Of a stretch of DNA of 64,000 nucleotides, positions 26,499 to 39,295 are shown one piece after another. Source of the DNA: the human T2T-CHM13v2.0 reference genome, Homo sapiens. The position numbers and the translations under genes were made by a program. Location of the stretch: assembly GCF_009914755.1 (NCBI RefSeq), contig NC_060933.1, one strand, 5' to 3'. Positions within the stretch are counted from its first letter, which is position 1. Each line of letters opens with the position of its first letter. The notes under the pieces were generated by a model that ran no database searches, was not told the origin of the DNA, and was given only the letters and a program-made list of their open reading frames with translations.

Positions 26499-26919
26499 AT
26501 TATAAGTAATCTAGAAATGACTTAACGTATAGAGAAGGATATATGTACATTATATGCAAATAGTCCACCATTTGGTATAAGAAATTTGAGTGTCCACAGA
26601 TTTTGGTATCTGCAGGGGTCCTGGAACAAATTCCCTGTGGATATCAAGGGACAACTGTACTCTTTCAGGACATGCTCATTGGTTCCAGTATTCTGCTATT
26701 TGTCTGTTGATTTCAATACAACTCTGAATGAAAGATGCTCAGATCCCTGAGCCCTAGTCTGGAAGATATAGCAACAATAAATGTTTGTGAAAATGAAAAA
26801 AGAAAATAAACATAGTGAACATATTTTAAAAAGTGCAATAAAGATCAGCAAAGTCCAACTACAGTCACAACAAAGGCTGGCCATGTCAGGAAAAAATATA
26901 TGCAATATGTATTTTTTAC

Positions 26920-26977
26920 ACATAAAATAAGTTTTTGTGACATCTTTGAACGTAGATTCAAACAAAACATTTCTATA

Positions 26978-27021
<44 letters not shown>

Positions 27022-27160
27022 AGAGACAGAGAAAGAGAGAATTATAAATTGCATCAGGCAAAATGGAAATTGGTGATTCTGGATAAAGGGTACATGTTAG
27101 CTCCTTGTACTGCTTTAGCTGCTATGTTGTATGTTTGAAATTACATAAAAATAAAAAGCG
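26920..27160 (+). mobile_element. Old L1M 3' end containing (TG)n at 26980-27017
   Basis: ggcaaaatggaaattggtgattctggataaagggtacatg...tgtatgtttgaaattacataaaaataaaaag. Confidence 0.65.
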
Positions 27161-29063
27161 CTTAAAATGCACAGACATTTCAATGAAATACTCACAACTG
27201 AAGTGCGTATTGAATATATTAGAGTGGGTGGCTTGGGATGGTGGGAGTTGAGATAGAGATAAAGGAGAAAAATAATGAAATAAAACCAGAGTGGGGTCTT
27301 GAGATAGCTGATTGATGATGGTCGTGGAGCATGAGCTAGAGAGAATGATGGCCTTTTCTCTCTGCAGCAAGGTCAGAAGGGGATGATGAAGAGATAGGTA
27401 CAAGTTCCTTGTATAGAGAATAGTCTGGACACTCTTCTGAAATATTAACTTGGGCGTGACTTGCTGAATCTTTCCCTTTCCCATGTGTGTCAGGCAAGTA
27501 GCTGGACTCTTGATATTTCCTGCTTCAGGGATTTTCATAGGGCAGAAAGCAGGAACAATTTGAAGGCAATTGTATCTCCTGTCTTTTGTAAAAGCCTAAA
27601 CCAAATGATCTTCAGCTGAGGGGTGCATTTGAAGGTATTTAGAAAGAAGAGGGAGAGACTTCACCTAGAATAAAAAGGTCAGAGAAGGAAGGAGAAATCT
27701 AGGGCAGGTGGGCTCTGGACACAGAGCTCCCAGCCCCACAGAATAGTCGTATGCCCTAATTGGACCAGAAAAGACCATGTTCCTGGGATAATGGGTATCT
27801 TAAAGATAGTCAGGGTGGACAGATAAGTGATGGCTAGGATTTTCTCCCTGATGTTCTGTGGCTGGGTAAGACACTTTCAGAGCCCTGAGGGGTGTCTTGG
27901 TAACTTACATTTCCTGCCGGGATAAATAGATGGGTGTTCAGACTTAGATTTAATTTGATTGCAGAGAACAAGAGATTTTCTATACTCTTGAATTTGTCAA
28001 CTAAAAGTCCAACCTGCCTCAAACATGTGGTTCTATTTACAAAATAGCCATTTACAAAGCTGGTTTACAATCATATAACTGTTTGTAATACTCTGTATAA
28101 TATTATGTTATCACCTGCATCATATGATCATTCAATACCATCTTTAGCAAAAGGACAGAGGGGCCACTTTTATCAGTTCCTCAAGAAGAGAGCCTTGGAA
28201 ATGATAAATTCTTATGAACTATTGTTCAAAAATAACCCCTGGTTATCTTTAGCCTGCTCCAAATGCCCTTCCCTCGCCCCTCTTTTTTTTTTAAAGAATG
28301 TGTCACTCCAGTAGATAGAGGAAATGTGAACCTAGTATAACTTCTACAGTCTTTAGAAAGCCCAGGGTAGGGGACAGGCAACAGAACAGGTAAAGGAATG
28401 GTGTTCAAGCAACTGACCAATGTCATGTTTCCTAAGAAAAATTCAAGGAAAGAAAAGGGTATTTTTTTTTTCTTCAGAGTATTTAACAATTTTAGAAATA
28501 TCAATTGACTCCCAACTTTCTTTACACAAACAAAAACTGAAGGAGGCAGATATCCATATCTAATTCTTAGGGGTAAGGCAGTGAAGAAAAAAGAAATTAA
28601 TTCTATAAATTGGCAGAATTGGGGTGATTGAAGAGAAAACTTATATTCTTGCTAAATGAGCAGCTGGGTGGGAGGACAAGAAAGGAACAAAGCTAGAAAG
28701 GGTAGATGGAGGCAGAAAGGGGCAGATAAAGAGCTCTACTGAACAAAAAAGGCACATTTCTCTGCATGTTTAGGAAAAATGCCTATATCCTGGTGGAAGA
28801 AGACTTAAAGAAAAATCTGGTTTATAAAGTGTCAACAAAGGTTCAGACATGCTCGATGTGCTTGTGTTGGCATGTGTGTGCTCCGTCTTTTTTAAGTGGT
28901 AAATTAGATCTTTGTCTACAGGTAGGTGTGTGAAGAGCAGAGGAATAAAATAACGAGCCCAGTGAATGCAAGTAATGAAGACATCTCTTTCTGGCAGCTT
29001 TTCAGCATTTTGAGCTTGAACCTGACATGACAGCCTGTCCTGGCTTACCTGGGATTGCTTAGA

Positions 29064-29227
29064 ATAGTGCTTCTTAAACTTTCATGTGCATATACATCAC
29101 TTGGAGTGATTAAAAATGCAGGTTCTGGTTCAGTGTGTCTGAGGTGGTGCCTGAGTTTCTTCATTTCCACTAATTTCCAGGTGATGCCAATGCCACTCCT
29201 CCTCAGACCACATTTTGAATAGCAAGG
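29064..29227. mobile_element. MER5A (hAT-Charlie)
   Basis: agtgcttcttaaacttt...atcacttggag...ccaggtgatgccaatgc...gaccacattttgaatagcaagg. Confidence 0.8.
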
Positions 29228-29639
29228 GAATGGAACACATCATCACAGGTTCATATATATATTCAGAGATGCAAAGTATGTACATACACACATGGATTTG
29301 GATACGCTTATGGGTGCACAAAGTCATTTGTTCATTTGTTTAGACAAATTTTGAGTGTATTGTTTTAGGGCAGGTACTGTACACATATAGACATACACGC
29401 TTTTTAGGAGTGATCTTTGCAAATGGATTTTAAAAGCACAAACGATTTCTTTGCTTCCCCAAGGCATTCCATCATTCTCTAGCATCGATCTCTATAAATG
29501 GCCTTGCTCTCTTACTCTTAGTTACTAGCTGACTTTAGGATGGGCAGCTGCTGTCCGACATTATTTATGTACGGGAGATGATCCCAATATCCTAAGGTAA
29601 TCCTCTTCATTGCCTGAAATTCTTAAAATTGCCATAAGA

Positions 29640-29780
29640 CATAGAGATGAAAACATGGGTATTGGAATCAGGAGGCCTGGGTTTAAATCTTGACTTTGTC
29701 ACTCACAACGCAACTTTAACCTCCATGAGCTCCAGTTTCTGCATTTGCAATATGGTGATAATAAAGTTTCCCTCATGGGA
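29640..29780 (+). mobile_element. MIR
   Basis: ttggaatcaggaggcctgggtttaaatcttgactttgtcactcac...cagtttctgcatttgcaatatggtgataata. Confidence 0.7.
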
Positions 29781-29794
29781 ATGGCTACTCACCA

Positions 29795-30340
29795 AATTCA
29801 ACAAATATCTATTGTAAGTTGATTGCCTGCAAAGGACACAGAAATAGAGTTGATTCAATTTCTCAACTGAAGGAACTCACTGCCTAGCAGAGAAAGCAAA
29901 GACAGAAGACGCATGTAAAGGAAATAGCACGAAGAAATGGCTAACTTACTTTTTGGTGGGACTAAAGGCTTCCTGGAGGAAGTGAGAGCTAAGTTGGGCT
30001 TTGAAGGATGGGAAGAGTTACATGGTGGAAAAGGAGAGAATCAAGTGATACTTTTCAAATTTAATCTGCATCTAAATCACTGAAATTGCAGATTCTGACT
30101 CAGCACCTGAGGTGGGGCATGTGATTCTGCATTTCTAACAAGCTCCAGTTAACGCTGATAGTGTTGGTCTCTGGATCCACACTTGAAGAAGCAAGCAGGG
30201 CATTTTAGGTTAAAGAAATACCAGCACAAAGGTGACAGTGAAAAGCCACATGGTAGGTTTGAAGGACAGCAGCAGCTCAAAATGGTTGCACCATCAAGTG
30301 CAGGGAAGGAAGTGACACTGGAAGGCTGGTAGAGTTAGAG
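29795..30340 (-). mobile_element. L2 fragment interrupted by MER5 (about 30045-30197)
   Basis: attcaacaaatatctattg...aaggcttcctggaggaagtgagagctaagttgggctttgaaggatg; MER5 tgcagattctgactcagc...ctgcatttctaacaagctcc. Confidence 0.7.
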
Positions 30341-31425
30341 CAAGTGAGAATTACATGAAAAGACAAAAGTAAGTCTTTCTGGCACATAGTGGACACTCAG
30401 AAATGGCTTATTTCCATCACCCATTTTACTCAAATTCCCACCAATTAGAAAGGAATAGAGAGAATGTTTAATATGAGGTGGTAAGATATTTGATTTCTCA
30501 CTTTCATTTGAGGCCTGAGTCTACTTAATTTATGAAAATTAAGTAGATAAAAAGACATCTAGATGGTCATCTTACCTGCCTCAGAGAAAGAAGGTGATTC
30601 CCAGGCTCAAACAGGATTAAGCAGAAACCACTTCACAGAGCCAAATATCCCATCAGGACAAAATTGTTGAGAGTTAAATGGGATAACATGTACATTCCTA
30701 GCATGTCATAAGTGCTTAACTAGTTTCTCCTACTTTGAGTGAAGGAAGCCTCTGTATATTACGACTTCAATCCATGGGACGGATAACTTGTATTCCCATC
30801 CCAAAATACTACTCCTAATCACTTCACATTATGAAAGTTTTATTAAGACTTTTATCTCCCCAAGAGGGTAACACTTGTTACTCTCAATCTCCCCTTTATA
30901 ATGAATGCACCTTGGAGCAATAAAAAGATGCTGATGGAGTATGGAGATAGGACAAACCAATAAGAAAGATGTAAAACTTACAAATAAAGAATTTCTTATT
31001 TCTTCAGATTGTTTCAAAATGCTAAGATACCTTTAAAAGCTTTAGAAAAATATGATGAGTGTTCTCCAAACAACTTCACATATATGTAGCTCACTGGCCC
31101 TGATTACATTAATTCATCATTCATTCTTTCAAAGAACATTTCATTGAGCACTTAGTATTGTCAAGCATTGTTCTAGTCACTGAAATACGAAGCAGAACAA
31201 AATAGAATCTCTGACTCCAAGGTTCTACTAATAATATTGCAGGAACTCTCTATAGTATTTAATTTATTTTGTAAAAGAAACAAACAGACCTAAGCAAACA
31301 CGGCAAAGCATAACAATGGTCAATTCTGTGTGTTGGTATGTGGAATATTTGCTCTAGCATTTTTGGTATTTTTTTTTAATTTTTGGAATCTCTCAAAACA
31401 GTAATTGTATTTTTAAAAATCCCCT

Positions 31426-31880
31426 GTATCAGTGAACTATTTATACAATAAAGCTGCATAACAAACAATTCCCACATGCAATCATAGGTAGTTGATCTAG
31501 GCTTGGCTTTAAGGGATGACTCTGTTTCAAGCTGTGTCACTGGCTACACTTGGCTTCTCACTAAATTTGGCTTGGGTCTGCCCTATGTGTGTTTGTTCTG
31601 GTGCCCAGGCTGAAAGGACAGCAGTTACCCATGGGAAGTTCTTTACAAGGCAGTATGGCAATCCAACTGAACAGAACATTTTAAGTCTCTGCTTGCATGG
31701 TGTCTATTAATATACATTTGCCTACAACAATTCACTTATGTGATCAAGCCCAATGTCATGGGGAAGGAAAGTATACTCTCCCTACCCACTATGAGATTAA
31801 CCAGTCAGATGGTCAAGCCCAACATCAGTGGAGGAGGGAGAACAGAAGGAGTAAGCGTGTCTTTAAAATGTCTATTATGC
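31426..31880 (-). mobile_element. Old MLT1 (H/I/J-like) LTR
   Basis: tgtatcagtgaactatt...gctgcataacaaac...gcccaggctgaaaggacagcagttaccc...caagcccaacatcagtggagg. Confidence 0.65.
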
Positions 31881-31904
31881 TCTCCAAACCAGTGGAAAAA
31901 CCTG

Positions 31905-32445
31905 AGCTAAATATCTGAGAAGATTGCAATGAGTGAATAATGCAAAGGTGTGTTACTCTGGCTAGGGGGAGGAGAAGTGTCTGGGAAGACTTCATGGAGG
32001 AGGTGATACTTGAGGAAATGTTTTCCAGATATACAAGATGGGCAATGGGTTTCACGTAAAAGAAACAGAGTGTACAATGACACAGAGGCCCAAAAGAGCT
32101 TGATTCATACTGGAAATCAAAAGCAATTCCTTATGAATGGAAGTGTGAGTGTGTGCAAGGTGTGCATGTTTGTTGGCGGAGGAGAAATGAGGAGGTTGGT
32201 GGGTTTCTAAAACAGAGCAGAATAACCCATAAAGGCAAGCACAGTCAGTTCACAAAAGGCCTTGAACCTCATAAACAGGAGTTTACATTTTATCCAGCAA
32301 AGACTTGGGGACAATTAAAAGATTTACAGCAGCAATGTGACTTGAGATGATTGATATTTTGGAAAAGCACTATGGCTATAAAAGGAAGAATAGACTGGAG
32401 GGCGATGAGTCAGGAAAGAAGAAAATTAGTTAAGATGTGATTAGA
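31905..32445 (-). mobile_element. L2 (resumes at about 36830-37100 beyond the L1MB)
   Basis: ggaagacttcatggaggaggtgatacttgagg...aaaggccttgaacctcataaacaggagtttacattttatcc. Confidence 0.7.
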
Positions 32446-33232
32446 CTGGCTTCACTGGCGAATTCTACCAGACATTTAAGGAAAAATTAATACCAATCAT
32501 TCTCAAATGCGTCTGAAAAATAGAAGAAGAGGAAACACTTCCTAACTTATTCTATAAGGCTGTATTACCCTAATACCAAAAGCCAGACAAAGACAATAAA
32601 AGAAGAAACCAATATCCCTTATGATTATAGAAGTGAAAATCCTGAACAAAATACAGACAGAAGAAACCTGAGAACATGTAAAAGGCTTATATACTATGAC
32701 AAAGTGAAATTTATTCCAGGAATGCAAGAATCATCCAACATAAGAAAATCAATCAATTTAATACACCACATTAATAGAATAAGAGAATAAAACTTCATGA
32801 TGTGGAAAAAAGATTTGACAAAATCCAACATTCTTTCATGAAAAAACACTCAGAAAACTAGAAACAGAAGAGAACTTCTTCAACATGATAAAGGACACTT
32901 ATGAACAGCCACTGTTAACATCATATTCAATGGTGAAATATCAAAAGCTTGCCCCCTAAGATTAGGAACAAGACAAGGATGCTGACTTTTACCATTGCTA
33001 TTCAACATTGTACTGGAAGTTCTAGCCAGACAATTATGAAGAAAAATGAAATAAAAGACATCCAAACTGGAATGAAAGACATAAAACTATCTCTATTCAC
33101 AGATGACATGTTCCTATTTATAGAAAATCCCAAAGGATTCATATACAGACACACAAAACCCCAATCCTACTAGAGCTACTAGACTTCAGCTAAGTTGCAG
33201 GATAAAATAACAACTAAAAAAAAATCAGCTGT

Positions 33233-33528
33233 GGCTGGGCACGGTGGCTCACACCTGTAATCCCAGCACTTTGGGAGGCCAAGGTGGGCGGATCATGAGG
33301 TCAAGAGATCGAGACCATACTGGCCAACATGGTGAAACCCCGTCTCTACTAAAAACACAAAAATTACCCGGGCATGGTGGCATTCACCTGTAGTCCCAGC
33401 TGCTCGGGAGGCTGAGGCAGGAGAATTGCTTGTACCCAGGACGTGGAGGTTGTAAGTGAGCCAAGATCGCACCACTGTACTCCAGCCTGGCAACAGATTG
33501 AGACTCCATCTCAAAAGAAAAGAAAAAA
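33233..33528 (+). mobile_element. AluSc-like
   Basis: ggatcatgaggtcaagagatcgagaccatactggccaacatgg; full dimer. Confidence 0.93.
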
Positions 33529-33783
33529 ATGTTTTATTTTTTCATCCACTGGAAATGATCAACCTGAAAAAGAAATTAAGAAAATAATTGCATTTACAAT
33601 TGCATGCAATTGAATATAAACACCTAGAAATGAATCTAGAATATAAAAATGAATATAACACTAGAATTTTAAATCTAAGGAGGTGAAAGACTTGTACACT
33701 GAAAACAACAAAACATTGCTGAAATAAATTAAAGAACAACATAAATGGAAAGACATTCCATGTTCATGAATTGGAAGATAATA

Positions 33784-34012
33784 CAGATAGTCCCCAACTT
33801 ACAATGGTTAGACTTATTGTTTTTTGACTTTATGATGGTGTGAAAGTTATACGCATTCAGTATGCTCCTCAACTTACAATGTGGTTATGTCCAGAGAAAT
33901 CTGTAATAAGTTGAAAATATCATAAGTCAAAAATGTACTTCTGACTTACAACATTTTCAGGTTATGATGGGTTTATCAGAATGTAACCCTGTTGTAAGTT
34001 GCAGAGCATCTG
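33784..34012. mobile_element. MER47-type (Tigger-derived) element
   Basis: cagatagtccccaacttacaatgg...gttgtaagttgcagagcatctg inverted termini with TA TSD. Confidence 0.8.
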
Positions 34013-34293
34013 TATTGCTAAGATGGAATACTACCCAAAGCAATCTACAAATTCAATACAATCTCTATCAAAATTCCAATGACTTTTTTTTTTCAGAAAC
34101 AGAAAAGTTCATTCTCAAATTCACGTAGAATTGCAAGGGGCTCTAAATAGCTAGAATAATATTGAAAAAGAAGAATATTGGAGGACTCACACTTCCTGAT
34201 TTCAAAGCTACAGTAATTAAAACAGCACGGTACTGGCATAAAAAGAACACACAGACTAGTGAAATAGAATTGGAAAGTCCAAAAATAAACCCA

Positions 34294-34586
34294 GGCCAGG
34301 CACGGTGGCTCACACCTGTAATTGCAGCACTTTGGGAGGCCAAGGTATGTAGATCATCTGAGGTCAGGAGTTCAAGACCAGCCTGGCCAACATGGTGAAA
34401 CCCCAGCTCTACTAAAAATATAAAAATTAACCAGGTGTGTTGGTACATGCCTGTAATCCCAGCTGCTCAGTAGGCTGAGGCAGGAGAATCTCTGGAACCC
34501 AGGAGGCAGAAGTTGCAGTGAGCTGAGATCATGCCACTACATGCCAGCCTGGGCAATGGAGTGAGGCTCTGTCTCAACAAATAAAT
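34294..34586 (+). mobile_element. AluSx/Sz
   Basis: gatcatctgaggtcaggagttcaagaccagcctggccaacatgg; TSD aaataaaccca/aaataagccca. Confidence 0.93.
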
Positions 34587-34750
34587 AAATAAGCCCAAAT
34601 ATTTATAGCCAATTGATTTTTTGTTAAGGGTGCCAACATCGTTCAATAGCAAAAGAATAGTCTTTTTAACAAATGGTCCTGGGACAACTGGATATCTACA
34701 TGCAAAATAGTAAAGTTGGACCCCTACCTCACACCCTCCGAAATATTTAA

Positions 34751-34847
34751 GGGGCAAGGCAAGAGGAGTATATGGGAACTTGTAATTTCTGTGAAATTTT
34801 TCTGTAAAACTAAAACTGCTCTAAAAAATAAGTATAATTTTAAAAAT
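34751..34847 (+). mobile_element. L1MC/MD-type extreme 3' end
   Basis: ggagtatatgggaacttgtaatttctgtgaaatttttctgtaaaactaaaactgctctaaaaaataag. Confidence 0.7.
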
Positions 34848-34857
34848 AAGACATCAA

Positions 34858-34896
34858 CATGGTGAAATCCCGTCTCTACTGAAAATACAAAAAAAA
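34858..34896 (+). mobile_element. 39-bp Alu left-arm/linker fragment with a 10-bp TSD
   Basis: catggtgaaatcccgtctctactgaaaatacaaaaaaaa flanked by aagacatcaa (34848-34857, 34897-34906). Confidence 0.88.
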
Positions 34897-34906
34897 AAGA
34901 CATCAA

Positions 34907-35630
34907 TGCACACCACTAGGATAGTTCAAATTTTAAAAAGACTGACAATAACAAATATTGAGGATTTAGAGCATCTAAAAATCTTGTACATAAACAACTA
35001 AACCTGATGGGAAGTGAAAATGTATGCTCACTTTGGAAAACAGTTTGGCAGTTTTTTAAAACAGTTAAACATGTATTTACCATATGATTCAGCAATTCCA
35101 CTCTTGGCAATTTGTACAAGAGAAATAAAGACATATGTCCATAAAAAGGCCTATTATGAAATGTACATAGCAACTTCATTCACAAAAGCCAAACATTAGA
35201 AACAAAAGTCCATTGACAAGGGATTGGATAAACAAATTATTGTATAAACTTACAATGGAAATACTATTCGGAAATAAAAAGAAATGAATTACTGATACAT
35301 ATGACTTATATGAATCTCAAAAGTATTACAAATGAAACAGCCAGACACAAACACTATGTACTATATTATTTCATTTATATGAAATTCTAGAAAAAACAAA
35401 GCTATATTGACTTAAAGCAAATTAATTCTTGCCAGGGACCAGGGTCAGAGAGGTTACTGACTATTATAAAAGGCAAGGGAATGTTTAATGAGTAGTGAAA
35501 ATATTCTAAATTATGGTTGTGGTGGTGGCTAAATGATTGTTATGCATTTGTCAAAATGTGTCAAATCTTACACAAAATTTGGTAAATGTTATTATATATG
35601 AAGTATACTTTCATAAAGATGATTTACAAA
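34907..35630 (+). mobile_element. L1ME-like 3' end
   Basis: cactttggaaaacagtttggcagttt...catatgattcagcaattccactc...tatggttgtggtggtggctaaatgattgttatgcatttgtcaaaat. Confidence 0.75.
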
Positions 35631-36829
35631 AGCATTATTAAAAAGTAAAAAGTGAACCAATGACTTAAACACAAGAGCTAAAACTATAAAACTCTTGGGA
35701 AAATAGGGGTAAATCTTCATAGCCTTGGATTTGGCAACAGATTGTTGAATTTAACACCAAAAGCATGAGCAACACAAGAAAAAATTTAATAAATTGGATT
35801 TCATCAAAATTAAAAACTTTTTTGCATCAAATGATATTATTAAGAAAGTGAAAAGACAACCTATAGGATGGGAGAAAATATTTGTAAATCATATATCTGA
35901 TAAGGGCCTAGTATCCAGAATAGATAAAGAATCATTATAATTCAACAGTAACAACAAGAACAACAAAACTCAATTTAAAAATAGGCAAAGGACTTAAATA
36001 GAAATTTCTTCCCAAAAGATATACAAATGACCAATAAGCGCATGAAAAGATGCTCAACATCATTAAGGAAATACAAGTAAAAACTACAGAGGGATACCAC
36101 TTCACACCCACTAGGCTAGCTATAATCAAAAACTAGAAAATAAGTATAAGTGAAAATGTGGAGAAATTGGAACCCTTGTACATTGCTGGTGGGAATAATG
36201 TACAAACCAATAATATATTGTTTGGTTGCTGTACAAAACTGGCCGTTCCTCAAAAAGTTAAGTATAGGATGACCATAGGACCTAGCAATTCCATCTCTAG
36301 GTATGTAATCCTAAAAGAACTGCAAGCAAGCACTTAGCAAATACATGTACACTCATGTTAATAACAGCATTATTCACAATAACCAAAAGATGGAAAGAAC
36401 CCAAATGTCCATCAGCAGATAAATGGATAAACAAATTGTGGTATATATATCCAATGTAATATTATTCAGCCACAAAAAGGAATGAGGTACTGATGTATGT
36501 TACAGTATGAAGGAGCCTAGAAAACACTACGTTATATGAAAGAAGCAAGACATGAAAGATTACATATTGTACGATTCCATTTATACAAATTATCTTGTAA
36601 ATCTATAGAGACAGAAAGCAGATTGGTAGTTGCCCGAGGCTGGGGGAGGGGGAAACAGGAAGTAACTACTTAATGGGTATAGATTTACTTTTGGGGTGAT
36701 AATAATGTGTTGGAATTAGATAGAGGTGGTAGTTGCACAATATTGTGATTGTACTAAATGCCATTGAAATGTTCAGTTTAAAATGGTTAATATTATGTCA
36801 ATTTCAACTCAGTTAAGAAATAAAAAGGA

Positions 36830-37100
36830 TACTGTTGGTGCTGATGAAAAATAATGAGCTTGAACTCAAGCAGAGGCCATGACAAAGGAGGAAAAGAAGC
36901 AGAACAGGAGAATGGTAACAGACAGTGGAGGGTGGAAGGGGGAGTAAAGGGTGATGCTGAAACTCCTCGTGTGGAAGAGCTGATGCTCTGTTGATATAGA
37001 TTGGAATGTGGAAGGAAGATGGGGTTTGGAGTGTGGGGGACAACGAGTTTAGTTGGGTCATGAGGGTTGGAGGTACCTGTGGAGGTGTGCGGGTAGAGAG
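36830..37100 (-). mobile_element. L2 continuation
   Basis: ggagtaaagggtgatgctgaaact...gagtttagttgggtcatgagggttggaggtacctgtgg. Confidence 0.6.
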
Positions 37101-39084
37101 GTCTCACTGTCGGGTGGACCTCTTTGCCACTGGAATATAATGGGAGAGAAGAGCTATAGGATACCTTGGCAGACAGACCTTATTAGCAAAATTCTCTTCT
37201 GAATGAAAATATTGATAAAACAAGAAGTCACTAAATTCCTACCTTCCTATTACTGTGACACAAGTCCTTTTAGTAAATTAATTTTTGCCATTTTAAGTGA
37301 TTAGTGAGGATTGAGTATTATATAATATTAAGGATTCATCTAGGAACATATAGCAAATCTATTCCAGAGCCAAAATCTGTCCAATGCTCACACTTTCACC
37401 ATTCCTGCTTAAATGCCCCACTTACCAGGTTCCACTTCACCACTGACGGCAGCATTTGGCTCCTTGGTCTCCTGAGGAAATGTATCCATTTTCCAAAAAG
37501 TCTCCAATTCCAGATAATTAGCTGGAACAGGTATATTGGTATCTTAAAGCCAGAATGAAGTCATTGCTCTGAGGAAACTGTTAGCCTGATAATCCTGCAT
37601 CACACATCAGTATTCTCTGTTTCTTTTGGCCACTTTTATTGCCTGTTTTCATCCAGTTATCACGCTTCCCCAAAGAAAACTGAAGCCACCAATCCTTACA
37701 TAGAGGAAACATTTCCTTCGCTGTAGGAGCACTGAACCAGCGACACCCATCTCTAAATTGTTACCACTCCTCATCTTGTGTTCGTGCCCTATAAGCTTAA
37801 AACTTGGAATTTATTAGAAATGTCAATTGCATTGAAAACAAAAACACTTTTGTAAAAGTATGCTAAAGGCATTCAAGAATTGAGGAAGAAATTATGACTG
37901 CTGTGGAAATAGTTCCTTATTCACATCTGGAAAACATTTGCTAGGGGCACAAGGAGGGATGGATGAACTGCAGGTATGCATAGGAATTTAGGGTTTTTTT
38001 CCTTTTTTCTTAAACTGCCTTCTCTCCTACCACCCCTTTGGCTCCTCCTTAGTCTTCCCAGACAAGCTACCTTGCAAATCTGCCCTTGCAAAGTTCTCCC
38101 ATTCCAATTTAATTCCCTCTCCTCTTTTGTAGATGATTTTGAGCCACACAGCCCCAGATGGTCAGTCTGGGAACAGACACAGGCTTTTTCAAAGAGACAA
38201 TATTGATTCCCTCTAGACCCACAATGACCTCTTTCTTCTAGCTCTTCTTACTCCAGTTCACAAGGCTTTTAATCCCCACTGAACACAACACTTCAATATG
38301 GGTCAGAGGATGGGCCACAACTCAAAATCAACTGTTCCAATCCAGGAAGTTTCGACTGGCACAATCAGCGTTCCATTAAGCAGGGTCTGGTGCCATTGTT
38401 TTTTACAAGGCTCTCACCAGCTGGCCTTGCTATGCTTGGCTAAGAATTAGACAAGGGAGGGAGGATCTGGCTTGAATAGGAAGAGAGACAAGGCTGGCTT
38501 TTAAAGGTGACACCCTAAGGACAAGCTTGAAGGGACAGGGAATAGGCAATGTCTCTCACAGAGGTGGTTCTGCTTTTGTGGAAGTACCAATGCAGGCAGG
38601 AGAGAAACACGTTGACACACACATATCAGGCTCTGAAACAAAACCAAGATCAGAAGAACACTGAATCCACTCAGTCCAAATCACACACTCCCCTTTCACT
38701 CCAGATCTAAGGAAAACCTCCTAGGAGGACATAAAACATAAACATTTTGGTTAAAACTTTAATTTTCACCATAGGCTTGTGCCACGCAAAGATGCTCACA
38801 GACATTAGATTTTCTTTTAGGAAGCTAACTTTCTTAAGTGTGTGAAGTGTCATTTATCCAGCAGCAGAGAAATAAAAGATGTCCTACTTACAAATTCTGT
38901 GGTTTGCTGGCATACCAACATTGTAAAAATGTAAACAATGCTACATGAAAAATTTTATAAAAATATATTTTAATCATAGATGTTAATAATAAATATGTAT
39001 TTACATTATTCCATGTGTGTTTGGTAAGTAGAGTTCATTAACCATAATAACTTTATATAAGGAGAGAATATTATAAATGGTTTT

Positions 39085-39295
39085 GATCATGAGCTCCAGA
39101 ATCATTAGAACTCTGTCACTCACTAAGTACCTTGGAAGAGTCTCTTAGTCTCTATAAGCTTCATTTTTCTCATTTTTAAAATGAGAGGGAGGTGATAATA
39201 CTACAATGAGAATGAGTCGCTCTTAACATAAAAAATACTTAACATAATGCTGACACATCATAAGCACTTACTAAAAAACATGAGTGCACTACTAT
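39085..39295 (+). mobile_element. MIR
   Basis: ctctgtcactcactaagtaccttggaagagtctctt...cttcatttttctcatttttaaaatgag. Confidence 0.7.

Larger units (their letters stand above)
25664..26657 (+). mobile_element. MER2 (Tigger-derived) with nested AluJ and MST LTR
   Basis: ggccctccatatctgtggg...gattcaaccaac and ggggtcctggaacaaattccctgtggatatcaagggacaactg termini; TA on both sides. Confidence 0.88.
32446..36815 (+). mobile_element. L1MB-like ORF2 and 3' end with several nested insertions
   Basis: tggcttcactggcgaattctaccagacatttaagg...; L1MB-type 3' end gggtgataataatgtgttggaattagatagaggtggtagttgcacaatattgtg. Confidence 0.88.

Noticed and set aside
28845-28885. p53 half-site agacatgctc
   Set aside because: No adjacent second decamer matching RRRCWWGYYY
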